NCBI GenBank assembly: GCA_001628485.1
Contig: LURR01000012.1
Location: 146,563 to 210,562 of the forward strand
Length of the DNA: 64,000 nucleotides
Origin: Marine group II euryarchaeote REDSEA-S11_B3N4
GTDB lineage: Archaea; Thermoplasmatota; Poseidoniia; Poseidoniales; Thalassarchaeaceae
Reading direction: 5' to 3'
A model generated the notes under the pieces. It made no database searches. It saw only the letters and a list, made by a program, of their open reading frames with translations, and had not been told where the DNA came from. Positions 1-9,059 of the stretch are shown one piece after another (within the stretch, counting starts at the first letter, position 1; the number at the start of each line of letters is the position of its first letter). Both the position numbers and the translations under genes were made by a program.

Positions 1-227
1 TCTCTGTTTGGTAGGAAAAGATAGCCATGGAACTCGGCATAATCATCAGGGCTACGAGTAGAAGAGATAGCCGACCCCTTACCGCGTTGCCACTGGACAT
101 AATCCTCCTACGTAGTAGGAGGACATTAAAATTGCCTAAAATTTTGATTTCTAAATTTGACAATCTGGCTTTCAGAATTAGATTTTATTAACACTGTTTT
201 GAAGCGAAATTTTAGACATAGTTTTCC

Positions 228-2378
228 GTGAAAAACATCACATACACTGTCCTTACTCGGCTGATTCCAATGGTTGAAAAAGACCTCTCTTCGACAGTCT
301 CTGAAGTAGACGAAAACATGGACAAGGTTGCATCTCATGATGCAGAATCAGAAGATAAGTTGGACCAAGAGTTGGATAGGATTAGGGATAGACGAGAGAA
401 TCCAGGAAAGAGCTTCTTGGTCAATACAGTCGTCCCTAAGACATTCGATGACTATACTCTGGTCTTCGGCGTGGTGACTGGCTTGGTTTTCTTCGGAATG
501 ATAACTCTGGCCTCATCTGGATTGGTTCTGGGTGACTCGATCATTATCGATGATACTCTATCCGGAACTCCTCTGGATCCGAATGACTGCGTGGATAGAA
601 GAGGCGAGGTTTGGATCAAGTCCTGGGTCCAGGGAGATGATCTAGAGATCGAGAGTCATAACTTGGAACCCTCTATGACATTCGGTATTCTTGTTGCAGT
701 CTGGAACGAGTCTTCTGTTGAGTCAGATGGAGGCGTGGGAGATCCAACATTGACGATGGGGGAATCGGGAACTGGCGACTTATCGATAGAATTGAACAGC
801 GACGGTTTGGAGGACGGCCATTACATTGTTAGAATCGGAATTTTGGCTTCAGATAGTGATTCAAGAGAATGGTCCGAAGAAGAAATAGTGGAGGCGGTTG
901 CGAGTCCCAGTGGTCTTATTTCGTTCAAGGAACTGGATATAGAATTGCATACCACTTCCTCATCCTCCCTGTTCGGGTCTGGGGAGACTCACAGGGAGAT
1001 GGAGAAGTCAGACGAGGAAACTAGAGCCTGTATGACTATTCAGGATATGGGGGTTTGGGGGTGGATCCTCATGGGAGCCGAGTGGGTCGGTGGCAGAGAG
1101 ACAGCAATGCTAACTGGCGGTAACGCAGAGGTTCCTCCTTGGTACATGGCAACGATATCTCTTGGGATGTCGGTATTTTTCCTATGCGTCCAGTACCCTC
1201 TGATGCACAGATTGTATCACAGGGAAACAGACGATCTTCTGACAAGCGAGCAAATGAACAGGCTTCTCGTTCGGACAATAGAAAAAGCATCGAAGAGACT
1301 TCACATCAAGCCAAATCTATCATCAATAAAGGTCCAGGATCGCGCTATTTCGGTAGATGTTTTCCTGCCCTACAATACCTCTAGGAAGACCATTGCCAGT
1401 CCCATCGATGTAAAAGGAACGATCATCAAGGACATCCTGAATGAGTTTCGAATATTCGGGGAAATGAGGCCCCTCCAAATCAAGACAGTATGCACGGACT
1501 CCGACATTGAATCAGAAGGAACGATAGATTTCAGTGAATTTGGCGAAATCAGACTATCTGACGATTACAGCTCCTTCTTCTCCTCAATGGGGCAGTTCGG
1601 TAAACTCGAAGAGGCATTCAGAGAGAGCATGTCTAGATGGTTCCGGAAGCACGACGTCGCTGACTACGGCTCAGCAATTTTGGCCGATGAGGATGCAGTA
1701 TTCGTCAGAGTGATTTACAGGCCTGTGACTAGGTTTGCATACTTCCTGTTCAAGCCAACCTATCAGCACCTTCAAGGAGATCTAAGGAAGCATCTGGGAA
1801 ATGACCTAGAGTCCCTATTGCAAGGTCGGACACTTGTTGTGAGCGCGAGGAACGAAAAATCAACCCTAGGAGATAGAGCCGTTGCAGGCAGAGTCGAGCA
1901 GGGGACCGAAGAACACGAAGGGGAGGCAATGGTGGCAAAGAGAGGAGGAATCCCGGGGGCTCTTCTCCAGAATCCATTCATGGGAGACATCCTCTCGTCC
2001 GTGGAGTATGTTGCTCATAAGAACAGGAAGAGAATCGACAAGTACGGGTTCTGGGGGCTAATCGTTTTCGTTTGGATCCCATTCATGGCGAGCGGGGTAC
2101 TAGTAGGCGCCATGCTGGGCTTGGTTGCAAGGATGAGATTCCAGAGGGTTCTGGCTGCATGCTTCATCGGCGGAACAGCAGCCTCTATCACGTGGGCATA
2201 TACGGCTAGAGGGATAATCGAGGTAATGCACAAGTACCACGCAGAGGCATTCATCCCTTTCATCCTCTTGCTAGCAATTGGTTTCACGTGGCTCAAGATC
2301 AGGGACAACAAGAGGTTCAGGAGGGAGGAACTATTCAAGGACTCAATGGCCTTTTTCGCTGGCGCTTCGGATACATAG
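228..2378 (+). CDS. Polytopic membrane protein of unknown function: one N-terminal TM, a large extracytoplasmic middle region and a C-terminal 4-TM block resembling the COG2426 'small multidrug export-like' domain. GTG start.
   Basis: Long ORF with hydrophobic segments at ~aa 75-100, ~300-330 and ~620-700 (WIPFMASGVLVGAMLGLVARMRF...GGTAASITWAY). Sits 48 bp upstream of an ABC ATPase in the same orientation. No catalytic motifs recognised. Confidence 0.4.
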   Translation: MKNITYTVLTRLIPMVEKDLSSTVSEVDENMDKVASHDAESEDKLDQELDRIRDRRENPGKSFLVNTVVPKTFDDYTLVFGVVTGLVFFGMITLASSGLVLGDSIIIDDTLSGTPLDPNDCVDRRGEVWIKSWVQGDDLEIESHNLEPSMTFGILVAVWNESSVESDGGVGDPTLTMGESGTGDLSIELNSDGLEDGHYIVRIGILASDSDSREWSEEEIVEAVASPSGLISFKELDIELHTTSSSSLFGSGETHREMEKSDEETRACMTIQDMGVWGWILMGAEWVGGRETAMLTGGNAEVPPWYMATISLGMSVFFLCVQYPLMHRLYHRETDDLLTSEQMNRLLVRTIEKASKRLHIKPNLSSIKVQDRAISVDVFLPYNTSRKTIASPIDVKGTIIKDILNEFRIFGEMRPLQIKTVCTDSDIESEGTIDFSEFGEIRLSDDYSSFFSSMGQFGKLEEAFRESMSRWFRKHDVADYGSAILADEDAVFVRVIYRPVTRFAYFLFKPTYQHLQGDLRKHLGNDLESLLQGRTLVVSARNEKSTLGDRAVAGRVEQGTEEHEGEAMVAKRGGIPGALLQNPFMGDILSSVEYVAHKNRKRIDKYGFWGLIVFVWIPFMASGVLVGAMLGLVARMRFQRVLAACFIGGTAASITWAYTARGIIEVMHKYHAEAFIPFILLLAIGFTWLKIRDNKRFRREELFKDSMAFFAGASDT

Positions 2379-2426
2379 CCCAGAAGTCATTTTGAAGGCC
2401 TGCCGACTCGAAAAACTGGGTATAAC

Positions 2427-3143
2427 ATGGCACTCGTGAAAATCAGTGGATTGGAGAGGCACTACCAAATGGCCTCAGAGACAGTAAGAGCTCTGGATGG
2501 GGTTGATCTGGAGATAAATGAAGGTGAAAGAATCATACTTCTGGGACCATCTGGTTCTGGAAAGACCACGCTTCTCAACTGCTTATCTGCATTGGACAGC
2601 CCGACATCCGGAGAATACCAATTCTCGGGCAACAAGGTCCCAAAGAACGAATCAGAGGCCATGACTACATTCAGAAGAGAGAACATTGGATACGTTTTCC
2701 AATTCTTCAATTTACTACAGGACCTTACTGTTTTGGAGAACCTACTGCTAATTCAGGAGTTGGCAGGAAGCAGAGACGAAGATAGGGCTCGTAATCTACT
2801 AGCACTTGTAGGACTCGAAGGCGAGGTCGACCGATTTCCAGCAGAGATCAGTGGTGGCCAGCAGCAGAGAGTAGCCATTGCTAGGAGCCTAGCAAAGAGG
2901 CCCAGGCTTCTTCTTGGGGACGAGTTGACGGGGAATCTTGATTCATGGACATCATCAGTTGTGATGGAAGTCCTAGTCAAGGCGTGCGACTCAGAGGGGA
3001 TCACATGTGTATTCGTCACTCATGACGAGTCTCTGGTGCAATATGCTACCAGAGTCATTAGGATCGATAGCGGCAAAATCATCTCCGATGAAAGCGGAGG
3101 GGCGAATGTCCCCTCCTCAACTCCAAAACACATTGTAGGATAG
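2427..3143 (+). CDS. ABC transporter ATP-binding protein (MacB/LolD-like)
   Basis: Walker A LLGPSGSGKTTLLN, ABC signature LSGGQQQRVAIARSL, Walker B LLLGDELTGNLD, H-loop VTHD. Confidence 0.9.
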   Translation: MALVKISGLERHYQMASETVRALDGVDLEINEGERIILLGPSGSGKTTLLNCLSALDSPTSGEYQFSGNKVPKNESEAMTTFRRENIGYVFQFFNLLQDLTVLENLLLIQELAGSRDEDRARNLLALVGLEGEVDRFPAEISGGQQQRVAIARSLAKRPRLLLGDELTGNLDSWTSSVVMEVLVKACDSEGITCVFVTHDESLVQYATRVIRIDSGKIISDESGGANVPSSTPKHIVG

Positions 3144-3145
3144 GT

Positions 3146-5608
3146 GTGAGAATGCTCATCCTACTGAACAAGCGTCTGGCAAGGAGCATGATGAGGTCAA
3201 AGATCAGACTCATTGCAGTGATAGCCATGGTAGTAGTGGCAGTATTTGCCGGGGTATCGTTCGCAGCTTACGCGCATACCGTCTCCGGCATGTATGACGA
3301 AATCTACGAGGACTCCGAGAATGCGGTTAATCTTCCAGATTTGTGGGTGGAGAACCCAAGTGGCACTTGGGATGGAGAAACCTCAGCCTCTCTTTGCGAG
3401 GATATCGCCAGTAATTGGCCAGATTCCGTTTTGGTCCTCAACGAATGCGAGCCTAGATTGAGGCTAGATGGAACGATGTTCTACGAAACGTCAGAGGCAG
3501 GGGAAAGGAAAGAGAAACCCGTCCCAGCCGTCTGGCACGGAATCGACGAGGGATCCGTAGACCGCGTGTGGATGCCTAGCCATCATTGCTGTTCCGGGAG
3601 GGTGGCCACAGGGGAATCCGAGATAGTCATCGATGCCCGCGTCGCAACCGGGATGGAGATATCCTTGGGCGATTCCGTGACCATAGGTGCCGGGAACGGT
3701 AGAATGAACTTCACAGTAGTGGGGATCGGTCTCCACTCAAACCATCTTTACTACGCACAAGACGGAGATCTATTCCCCGCTGAGCCAGGTACCTTTGCCA
3801 CAGGGTACCTCTCATCAGAGGGTCTGGAGAGATTGGCCAACATGAGCAGCGGCTCTTCGAACCTCCTCCTGATAGACATCTTGGGCACCCCGGATTACAA
3901 TCTCCCGTCCACAGATGAGGACGATGGCCCCGCACTCACCCTTGTCACTCAAGCAATGGATGAAATAATTTCAAGCTCAGTAGACTCGCCTTCTCTAATT
4001 TACGACCGCTCACAAGTTTTCTCAGTGGAAATATTACGCGCCGACGCCGAAGGGGCTATGCTGTTCTACATCCCGATAACAGGGATGATAGCTGCCATCG
4101 CTGGAATCACACTATTCCTTAGTCTTCAGAGGCTAGTCCAGTCCCAGTCCCGGGAGATAGCGATTCTGAGAACACTCGGCGTCCCAAGATGGGCAATCAT
4201 GCCATCCTATGTCATCATGCCACTAGGAATTGGAATCGCTGGATCTTTGCTCGGAGCGATTCTGGGTGTTTATCTGGGGACGCCCGCCATGTTGACCTTC
4301 TATGAGGACTTCATGGGCATACCCATTCTCCAATCAGCGGAACTCGGACAAATTGTAATGCAGATTGTAGTGGTTACAACAGCCGTCGTACTTTTCTCGG
4401 GGATACTTCCAGCCGTTCAAGCATCTAGGCTCCAGCCTCTAGAGGTAATGAGGGGGGAGCATGAGGTCAGAATTTCCTCTAGGAAGATACAGAAGATAAC
4501 TTCCAGACTTCCCGCAACTGCGGGCTTGACCATCAGATCTAGCATCAGGAAACCAGCGAGATTGACCTTCACATTCCTAGCAGTAGGACTCTCCATGTTG
4601 CTGTTCGGAAGCACGACTCTAATGATGTCATCAATGGAAGAAATGACCGTGGGATCAGTAGAAGATGATCAGAACTGGGACATCCAGGCCAATGTGTTGT
4701 TCGGAGGCGAGGATGAAGTGATACAATGGGTGGATGACAAGAGCGGCTATCACGAGAGAATCATTACCTTCCCAGCAAATCCAGTCAATGACTCACGAGT
4801 AATTTCGGCCAATGGAATGGAAGTCTTGTCGACGGAAAGCAGCGCACTAATCCAACTAGACCTAAAGGAAGGCAAGCTCCCCGAAGCAGGTCTTCAGACT
4901 AATCAGATTCTAATCGACGAAGGTCTGAACCACTTCCTAGGATGGGAGACAGGAGAAATCCAGACTCTCGTGTTCGGGTCAACCCCCGCGACCGTTGAGA
5001 TTGTTGGAATTACTCAGGGGGAAATGAGTAGAACCGTCTACTTCCACAGATCAGACCTGGCAAAGATAGTGGGGGTGGAAGCAACAGCCGTTCTGATAGA
5101 CCTCCCAGAGGGAGTATCTGCAGATAGTGACCTTGGCAACGTCTCACTAGTGATAATAGAAAAGCAGGACCTGATATCTTCGTACGAGTCAATTCTAGAG
5201 CAGCAGCAGGGCTTCTTGGGCTCCATTCTGTTTCTCGGAATCCTGATCGCAATAGTGGTGCTATTCAATACACTGATAATCAACCTCTCAGAAAGAGATA
5301 GGGAAATTGCAACGCTAAGGGTTCTGGGAGCCCCAATGAACAGGCTTGGCTGGATGATGTTCGGCGAGCACTTGGCGATAGGCCTGATTGGAGGGGTTCT
5401 GGCGTTCATGTTCACTTTGGTCGGAACTCAAGCAATGGTCTCGTCTTTCGTACAGTGGTCATTTTACATGACCGTATCAGCAGATCCGGTAGTAGCAATG
5501 CAACTAATCGGGATTGTTGTGTTCATCTCTGTCATCCTGACCCCATATGGTATGAGGAGGATCAGAAAGATGGATCTAGTCGAGAAGGTCAAAGACCTAT
5601 CGCAGTAG
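3146..5608 (+). CDS. ABC transporter permease, FtsX/MacB family, with duplicated 4-TM FtsX modules and large extracytoplasmic domains
   Basis: 820 aa. N-terminal TM, a large soluble domain, then TM clusters around aa 270-400 and 700-800, as in MacB/FtsX permeases. Start lies 3 nt after the ATPase stop. Confidence 0.8.
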   Translation: MRMLILLNKRLARSMMRSKIRLIAVIAMVVVAVFAGVSFAAYAHTVSGMYDEIYEDSENAVNLPDLWVENPSGTWDGETSASLCEDIASNWPDSVLVLNECEPRLRLDGTMFYETSEAGERKEKPVPAVWHGIDEGSVDRVWMPSHHCCSGRVATGESEIVIDARVATGMEISLGDSVTIGAGNGRMNFTVVGIGLHSNHLYYAQDGDLFPAEPGTFATGYLSSEGLERLANMSSGSSNLLLIDILGTPDYNLPSTDEDDGPALTLVTQAMDEIISSSVDSPSLIYDRSQVFSVEILRADAEGAMLFYIPITGMIAAIAGITLFLSLQRLVQSQSREIAILRTLGVPRWAIMPSYVIMPLGIGIAGSLLGAILGVYLGTPAMLTFYEDFMGIPILQSAELGQIVMQIVVVTTAVVLFSGILPAVQASRLQPLEVMRGEHEVRISSRKIQKITSRLPATAGLTIRSSIRKPARLTFTFLAVGLSMLLFGSTTLMMSSMEEMTVGSVEDDQNWDIQANVLFGGEDEVIQWVDDKSGYHERIITFPANPVNDSRVISANGMEVLSTESSALIQLDLKEGKLPEAGLQTNQILIDEGLNHFLGWETGEIQTLVFGSTPATVEIVGITQGEMSRTVYFHRSDLAKIVGVEATAVLIDLPEGVSADSDLGNVSLVIIEKQDLISSYESILEQQQGFLGSILFLGILIAIVVLFNTLIINLSERDREIATLRVLGAPMNRLGWMMFGEHLAIGLIGGVLAFMFTLVGTQAMVSSFVQWSFYMTVSADPVVAMQLIGIVVFISVILTPYGMRRIRKMDLVEKVKDLSQ

Positions 5609-5611
5609 CGC

Positions 5612-6400
5612 ATGTACATGCGAGTCGTAACTTGGAATCTGAATGGTATCCGAGCAGCCCACAGAAAGGGGCTCGATGATTTCATCGAGAGGATAGATGC
5701 CGACGTAATGCTATTCCAAGAAGTTAGGGCTCTACCCGAGCAGATGCCCAAAGAATGGTCCGAGCCGGAGGGATACGAGGTGATTTGGCATCCTGCCCAG
5801 AAGAAGGGTTACTCTGGCGTAATGTCATGCTCAAGAGTCGGGATGGTCGAGATTGGGAGGGGCATAGATACGGATCTTGATGAGACTAGAGACCCCGAAG
5901 GCAGGGTACTAGTGACGAAGCATGGCAATCTGAGTTGCGTCAACATGTATCTTCCAAATGGATCAGCAAGACAAGAGCGTCAGGACTACAAGGATCAATG
6001 GCTCGAAGACATGCTAGTCTGGAGTCAGCAGTTCCTAGACTCCGATGAACCCGCTCTTCTCTGCGGTGATCTGAATATCGCGCACACGGAGGATGATATT
6101 TGGGATCCAGCCGGAAATAAGCGCACCTCGGGTTTCTTGGAGCATGAGAGGGAGTGGTTCGATAGAATGCTCGCATCTGGTTGGTCGGACCTCCTACGTA
6201 TTCACGTGGGAGAGGTCAAGGGCCCCTATTCGTGGTGGTCCAACTTCCGCCGAGCAAGGGAGAGGGATAGGGGTTGGAGGATTGACTACATCCTAGCAAA
6301 CAAGGCCGCAAGGCCCCTGATGAAATCTGCAGAGATAATGAGGGAGGGAGGGCTTGTCGTTTCCGACCATGCCCCTGTTATAGTGGACTTGGAGATGTGA
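5612..6400 (+). CDS. xth: Exodeoxyribonuclease III / AP endonuclease (Xth family)
   Basis: N-terminus MRVVTWNLNGIRAA, LFQEV, catalytic-type motifs LCGDLNIAHTEDDIWDP and SDHAPV at the C-terminus. Confidence 0.85.
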   Translation: MYMRVVTWNLNGIRAAHRKGLDDFIERIDADVMLFQEVRALPEQMPKEWSEPEGYEVIWHPAQKKGYSGVMSCSRVGMVEIGRGIDTDLDETRDPEGRVLVTKHGNLSCVNMYLPNGSARQERQDYKDQWLEDMLVWSQQFLDSDEPALLCGDLNIAHTEDDIWDPAGNKRTSGFLEHEREWFDRMLASGWSDLLRIHVGEVKGPYSWWSNFRRARERDRGWRIDYILANKAARPLMKSAEIMREGGLVVSDHAPVIVDLEM

Positions 6401-6434
6401 CTCCAATTCGGTTTTTTGTCTAGGAAAGAGGCAA

Positions 6435-7268
6435 ATGGTACCCTTCAAGAGAGGGGAACATAGGCGATTAATCATGACAGATGCCCTTGCAGGCCGTTTG
6501 GAAACGATTCTGCCGAACGGAAGAGGGGTTTGGGTCCCAATGGACCACAGCGCATCTTACTTCCCCGAACATGGTTTGTTAGACTCGGATAAAGCTGTAG
6601 ATGCAGTCATCGAAGGAGGGGCAGATGCAATAGTAATGCAGAAGGGCCCTATCTCCCATCACTCCATCAGGACGTCATGGGGACGCTTCGTCTGCCATGC
6701 ATCCTTGTCCACAATCCATGGGGGCGACCGTTCTCAAGACAAGGTCCTGGTTGCTACTCCTTCCGAGGGTCTAGATAGGGGAGCAGTTGCAATGTCGGCA
6801 CAAGTAAATCTCGGAGATCCGGCAGAGCCGGAGATGATACAGAGGATGGCTAGGATAACCACGGATTCTCATGAGAAATCAATCCCGGTATTGGGGATGT
6901 TCTATCCTAGGGGGAGGAACCTGATTTTGGATGATTCAGACTCAACTTCAGGGGTCGCTCATGCTGCTAGACTTGCTTGGGAGTTGGGGTGCAACGTCGT
7001 CAAGGTTCCTTGGACTGGGTCCGAGGAGTCATTCGGGATAGTAACCTCCTCTGTCCCGATTCCGGTACTGGTTTCTGGAGGTCCCAAGGACGATGACTTC
7101 GGTAAAGTTCTGGAATTAGTCGAGAAGTCAATCAATGCAGGGGGTTCCGGGGTTTGTATGGGGAGAAACGTATTCTCCTCCGAGGATCCAGCTTCCCGAA
7201 TCAGAGCATTGAGGGCCATTGTTCATGACGGAGTCAATGCAGAAGAGGCTTCCAGGCATCTGAGGTGA
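6435..7268 (+). CDS. aroA': Class I aldolase of the DhnA family; by context 2-amino-3,7-dideoxy-D-threo-hept-6-ulosonate synthase (AroA')
   Basis: ~270-aa DhnA-type aldolase pattern (PMDHSASYFPEHGL..., GADAIVMQKG, VVKV). Lies directly upstream of a DHQ synthase II-like gene and shikimate pathway genes. Confidence 0.55.
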   Translation: MVPFKRGEHRRLIMTDALAGRLETILPNGRGVWVPMDHSASYFPEHGLLDSDKAVDAVIEGGADAIVMQKGPISHHSIRTSWGRFVCHASLSTIHGGDRSQDKVLVATPSEGLDRGAVAMSAQVNLGDPAEPEMIQRMARITTDSHEKSIPVLGMFYPRGRNLILDDSDSTSGVAHAARLAWELGCNVVKVPWTGSEESFGIVTSSVPIPVLVSGGPKDDDFGKVLELVEKSINAGGSGVCMGRNVFSSEDPASRIRALRAIVHDGVNAEEASRHLR

Positions 7269-7272
7269 GAGG

Positions 7273-8208
7273 ATGCAGATATGGGTAGAGAATGAAGATG
7301 ACTTGGACCCGAATCAAAATTTCATCTCCCGCGTGTGGACTGGTTCTTCCCCTGATGTGGTAGAAGTCTCAATTGACGCTCCCTCTGATCAGGACGAGGC
7401 AATCTCTCTCATTGGACTTGTGCCGTGGATATTGGTCAGATGCTCGGATTGGACGATGATACCCCTCGAGAATCTAATTGCATCTTCCAGAGGGACCCAG
7501 ACAAGAATCGCCGCAGCAATAGATAGAGAGATAGAAATTTCCGGAGCAGCATTTGCACTTGGAGGGGGTGTCGATGCTATCCTTATCCCAGGACTTTTGG
7601 TAGACGACGCGATCAAGTTTTTGGGAGACAGATGGACGAAGGAAAACCCTCCAGAGAATGCAGAAATCAACCCCACAGAGGCAAGAATCCTATCCACTGA
7701 GGGTGCAGGAGTTGGTGAGAGAGTATGTATAGATCTGACAAGAAGGATCAAGGAAGGGCAAGGGGCAGCGACTGGCTCTATTTCAGGAAAGTTATGCCTA
7801 ATACATGGCGAAACTATTTCCTCAGAATATGTCCCCAATAGGCCATTCAGGATAAATGCTGGAGCGATTCACTCTTACATCCTAATGGCAGATGGAAGAA
7901 CGAAGTACATGAGCGAATTAGAAACTGGTGACGAAATAGCAATCCTGTCATCGCCCGGATATATCGAAACTGCCGTTATAGGACGGTTGAAGATCGAAAT
8001 ACGTCCACTTCTCGTTGTCAGATTCGAGATTTCTGGAGAAGAGGGTCAGACAGTAGTTCAGCAAGCAGAGACGGTTAGATTTGTTTCCCCAACGGGGAAA
8101 GCCGTTTCAGTGACGGATGCAAAGGCCGGAGACAAAATAACGGTATTCACAGACGATAGAGTCAGGCACATAGGAATCGCACTTGATGGGGGGATGGTGG
8201 AGAAGTGA
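7273..8208 (+). CDS. aroB': 3-dehydroquinate synthase type II (archaeal AroB')
   Basis: 311-aa protein between the aldolase and the archaeal shikimate kinase. Size and operon position match the DHQS-II family. Assignment is by context and general resemblance, not verified by alignment. Confidence 0.5.
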   Translation: MQIWVENEDDLDPNQNFISRVWTGSSPDVVEVSIDAPSDQDEAISLIGLVPWILVRCSDWTMIPLENLIASSRGTQTRIAAAIDREIEISGAAFALGGGVDAILIPGLLVDDAIKFLGDRWTKENPPENAEINPTEARILSTEGAGVGERVCIDLTRRIKEGQGAATGSISGKLCLIHGETISSEYVPNRPFRINAGAIHSYILMADGRTKYMSELETGDEIAILSSPGYIETAVIGRLKIEIRPLLVVRFEISGEEGQTVVQQAETVRFVSPTGKAVSVTDAKAGDKITVFTDDRVRHIGIALDGGMVEK

Positions 8209-9059
8209 AGGTGCTAGGGGAGGGCGAATCGAACGGCGCGATATCCATCCTCCACGCTCTGGGACTGGGTAGGGGGTGCTCTATCGGCATCCAACTAACA
8301 ACCAAGGTTCAGATAGTAGAAGATGCGGTTGAAATCAAAAATGATAGAAACGGGCTTCTCGCTGCAGTAGAGAAATGCTGGAGGGATAGGGGCCTCCCAA
8401 CCCCAGACCAATTCGGATGGAAGGTGGACAGCTCAATCCCTATTGGCCAAGGGCTAAAATCGAGCTCAGCATTGTCTTGTGCAGCTCTCAGAGCCCTCAA
8501 TTCATGTGCTTGGGCCGGTCTTTCTAACTCTGAGATTGCGGATATCGCAGCTAAATCACAACTCATTTCGAACTGTGCTAAGACTGGTAGCATGGACGAT
8601 AATTGGGCGTCATTGGAACCGGGCTGGAAGCTAGTTGACCCCGCCCTATCTGCATCTGAGTCAATAATCCTCGAAGGGGATATTGATCCTAACCTTTCGA
8701 TCCTTGTACTACTAAGGGGGAAAAGAACAGTGGAAATTTCAGCTGAGGCCTTTTCGCAGCATGAGCAGATATTCGAGAGGTCACTGGCTTCCGTAATGAG
8801 AGGATCAATTCTAGACGCATTGTCATCAAATGGAATGGCCGTTGCAGCAGCAACCGATGATCAAGAAGCCCTGAGAATTTGCAATTTGAGCATCGCATCC
8901 GGAGCCATTGCAGCCGGTATTAGTGGATCCGGCCCATCAATTGCAATCGTATGCTACCAGGAAGATTCGACATCACTTTCCAAGCTATTTTCCGAATCTG
9001 GATTGGAGGTTATTTCAACAGGCATTTATGTGAAGGATGAGATTTCAGAGGTGCAATGA
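8205..9059 (+). CDS. aroK: Archaeal-type shikimate kinase (GHMP kinase superfamily)
   Basis: GHMP motif PIGQGLKSSSALSCAAL. N-terminus GESNGAISILHALGLGRGCSIGIQL resembles archaeal SK. 4-nt overlap with neighbours on both sides. Confidence 0.7.
   Translation: MKVLGEGESNGAISILHALGLGRGCSIGIQLTTKVQIVEDAVEIKNDRNGLLAAVEKCWRDRGLPTPDQFGWKVDSSIPIGQGLKSSSALSCAALRALNSCAWAGLSNSEIADIAAKSQLISNCAKTGSMDDNWASLEPGWKLVDPALSASESIILEGDIDPNLSILVLLRGKRTVEISAEAFSQHEQIFERSLASVMRGSILDALSSNGMAVAAATDDQEALRICNLSIASGAIAAGISGSGPSIAIVCYQEDSTSLSKLFSESGLEVISTGIYVKDEISEVQ

Noticed and set aside
126-338. 70-aa minus-strand ORF overlapping the 5' end of the first gene
   Set aside because: It overlaps the start of the much longer, coding-like 228..2378 gene on the opposite strand. 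It has no recognisable motifs and lies in a promoter-like AT-rich region, so it is most likely a spurious ORF.
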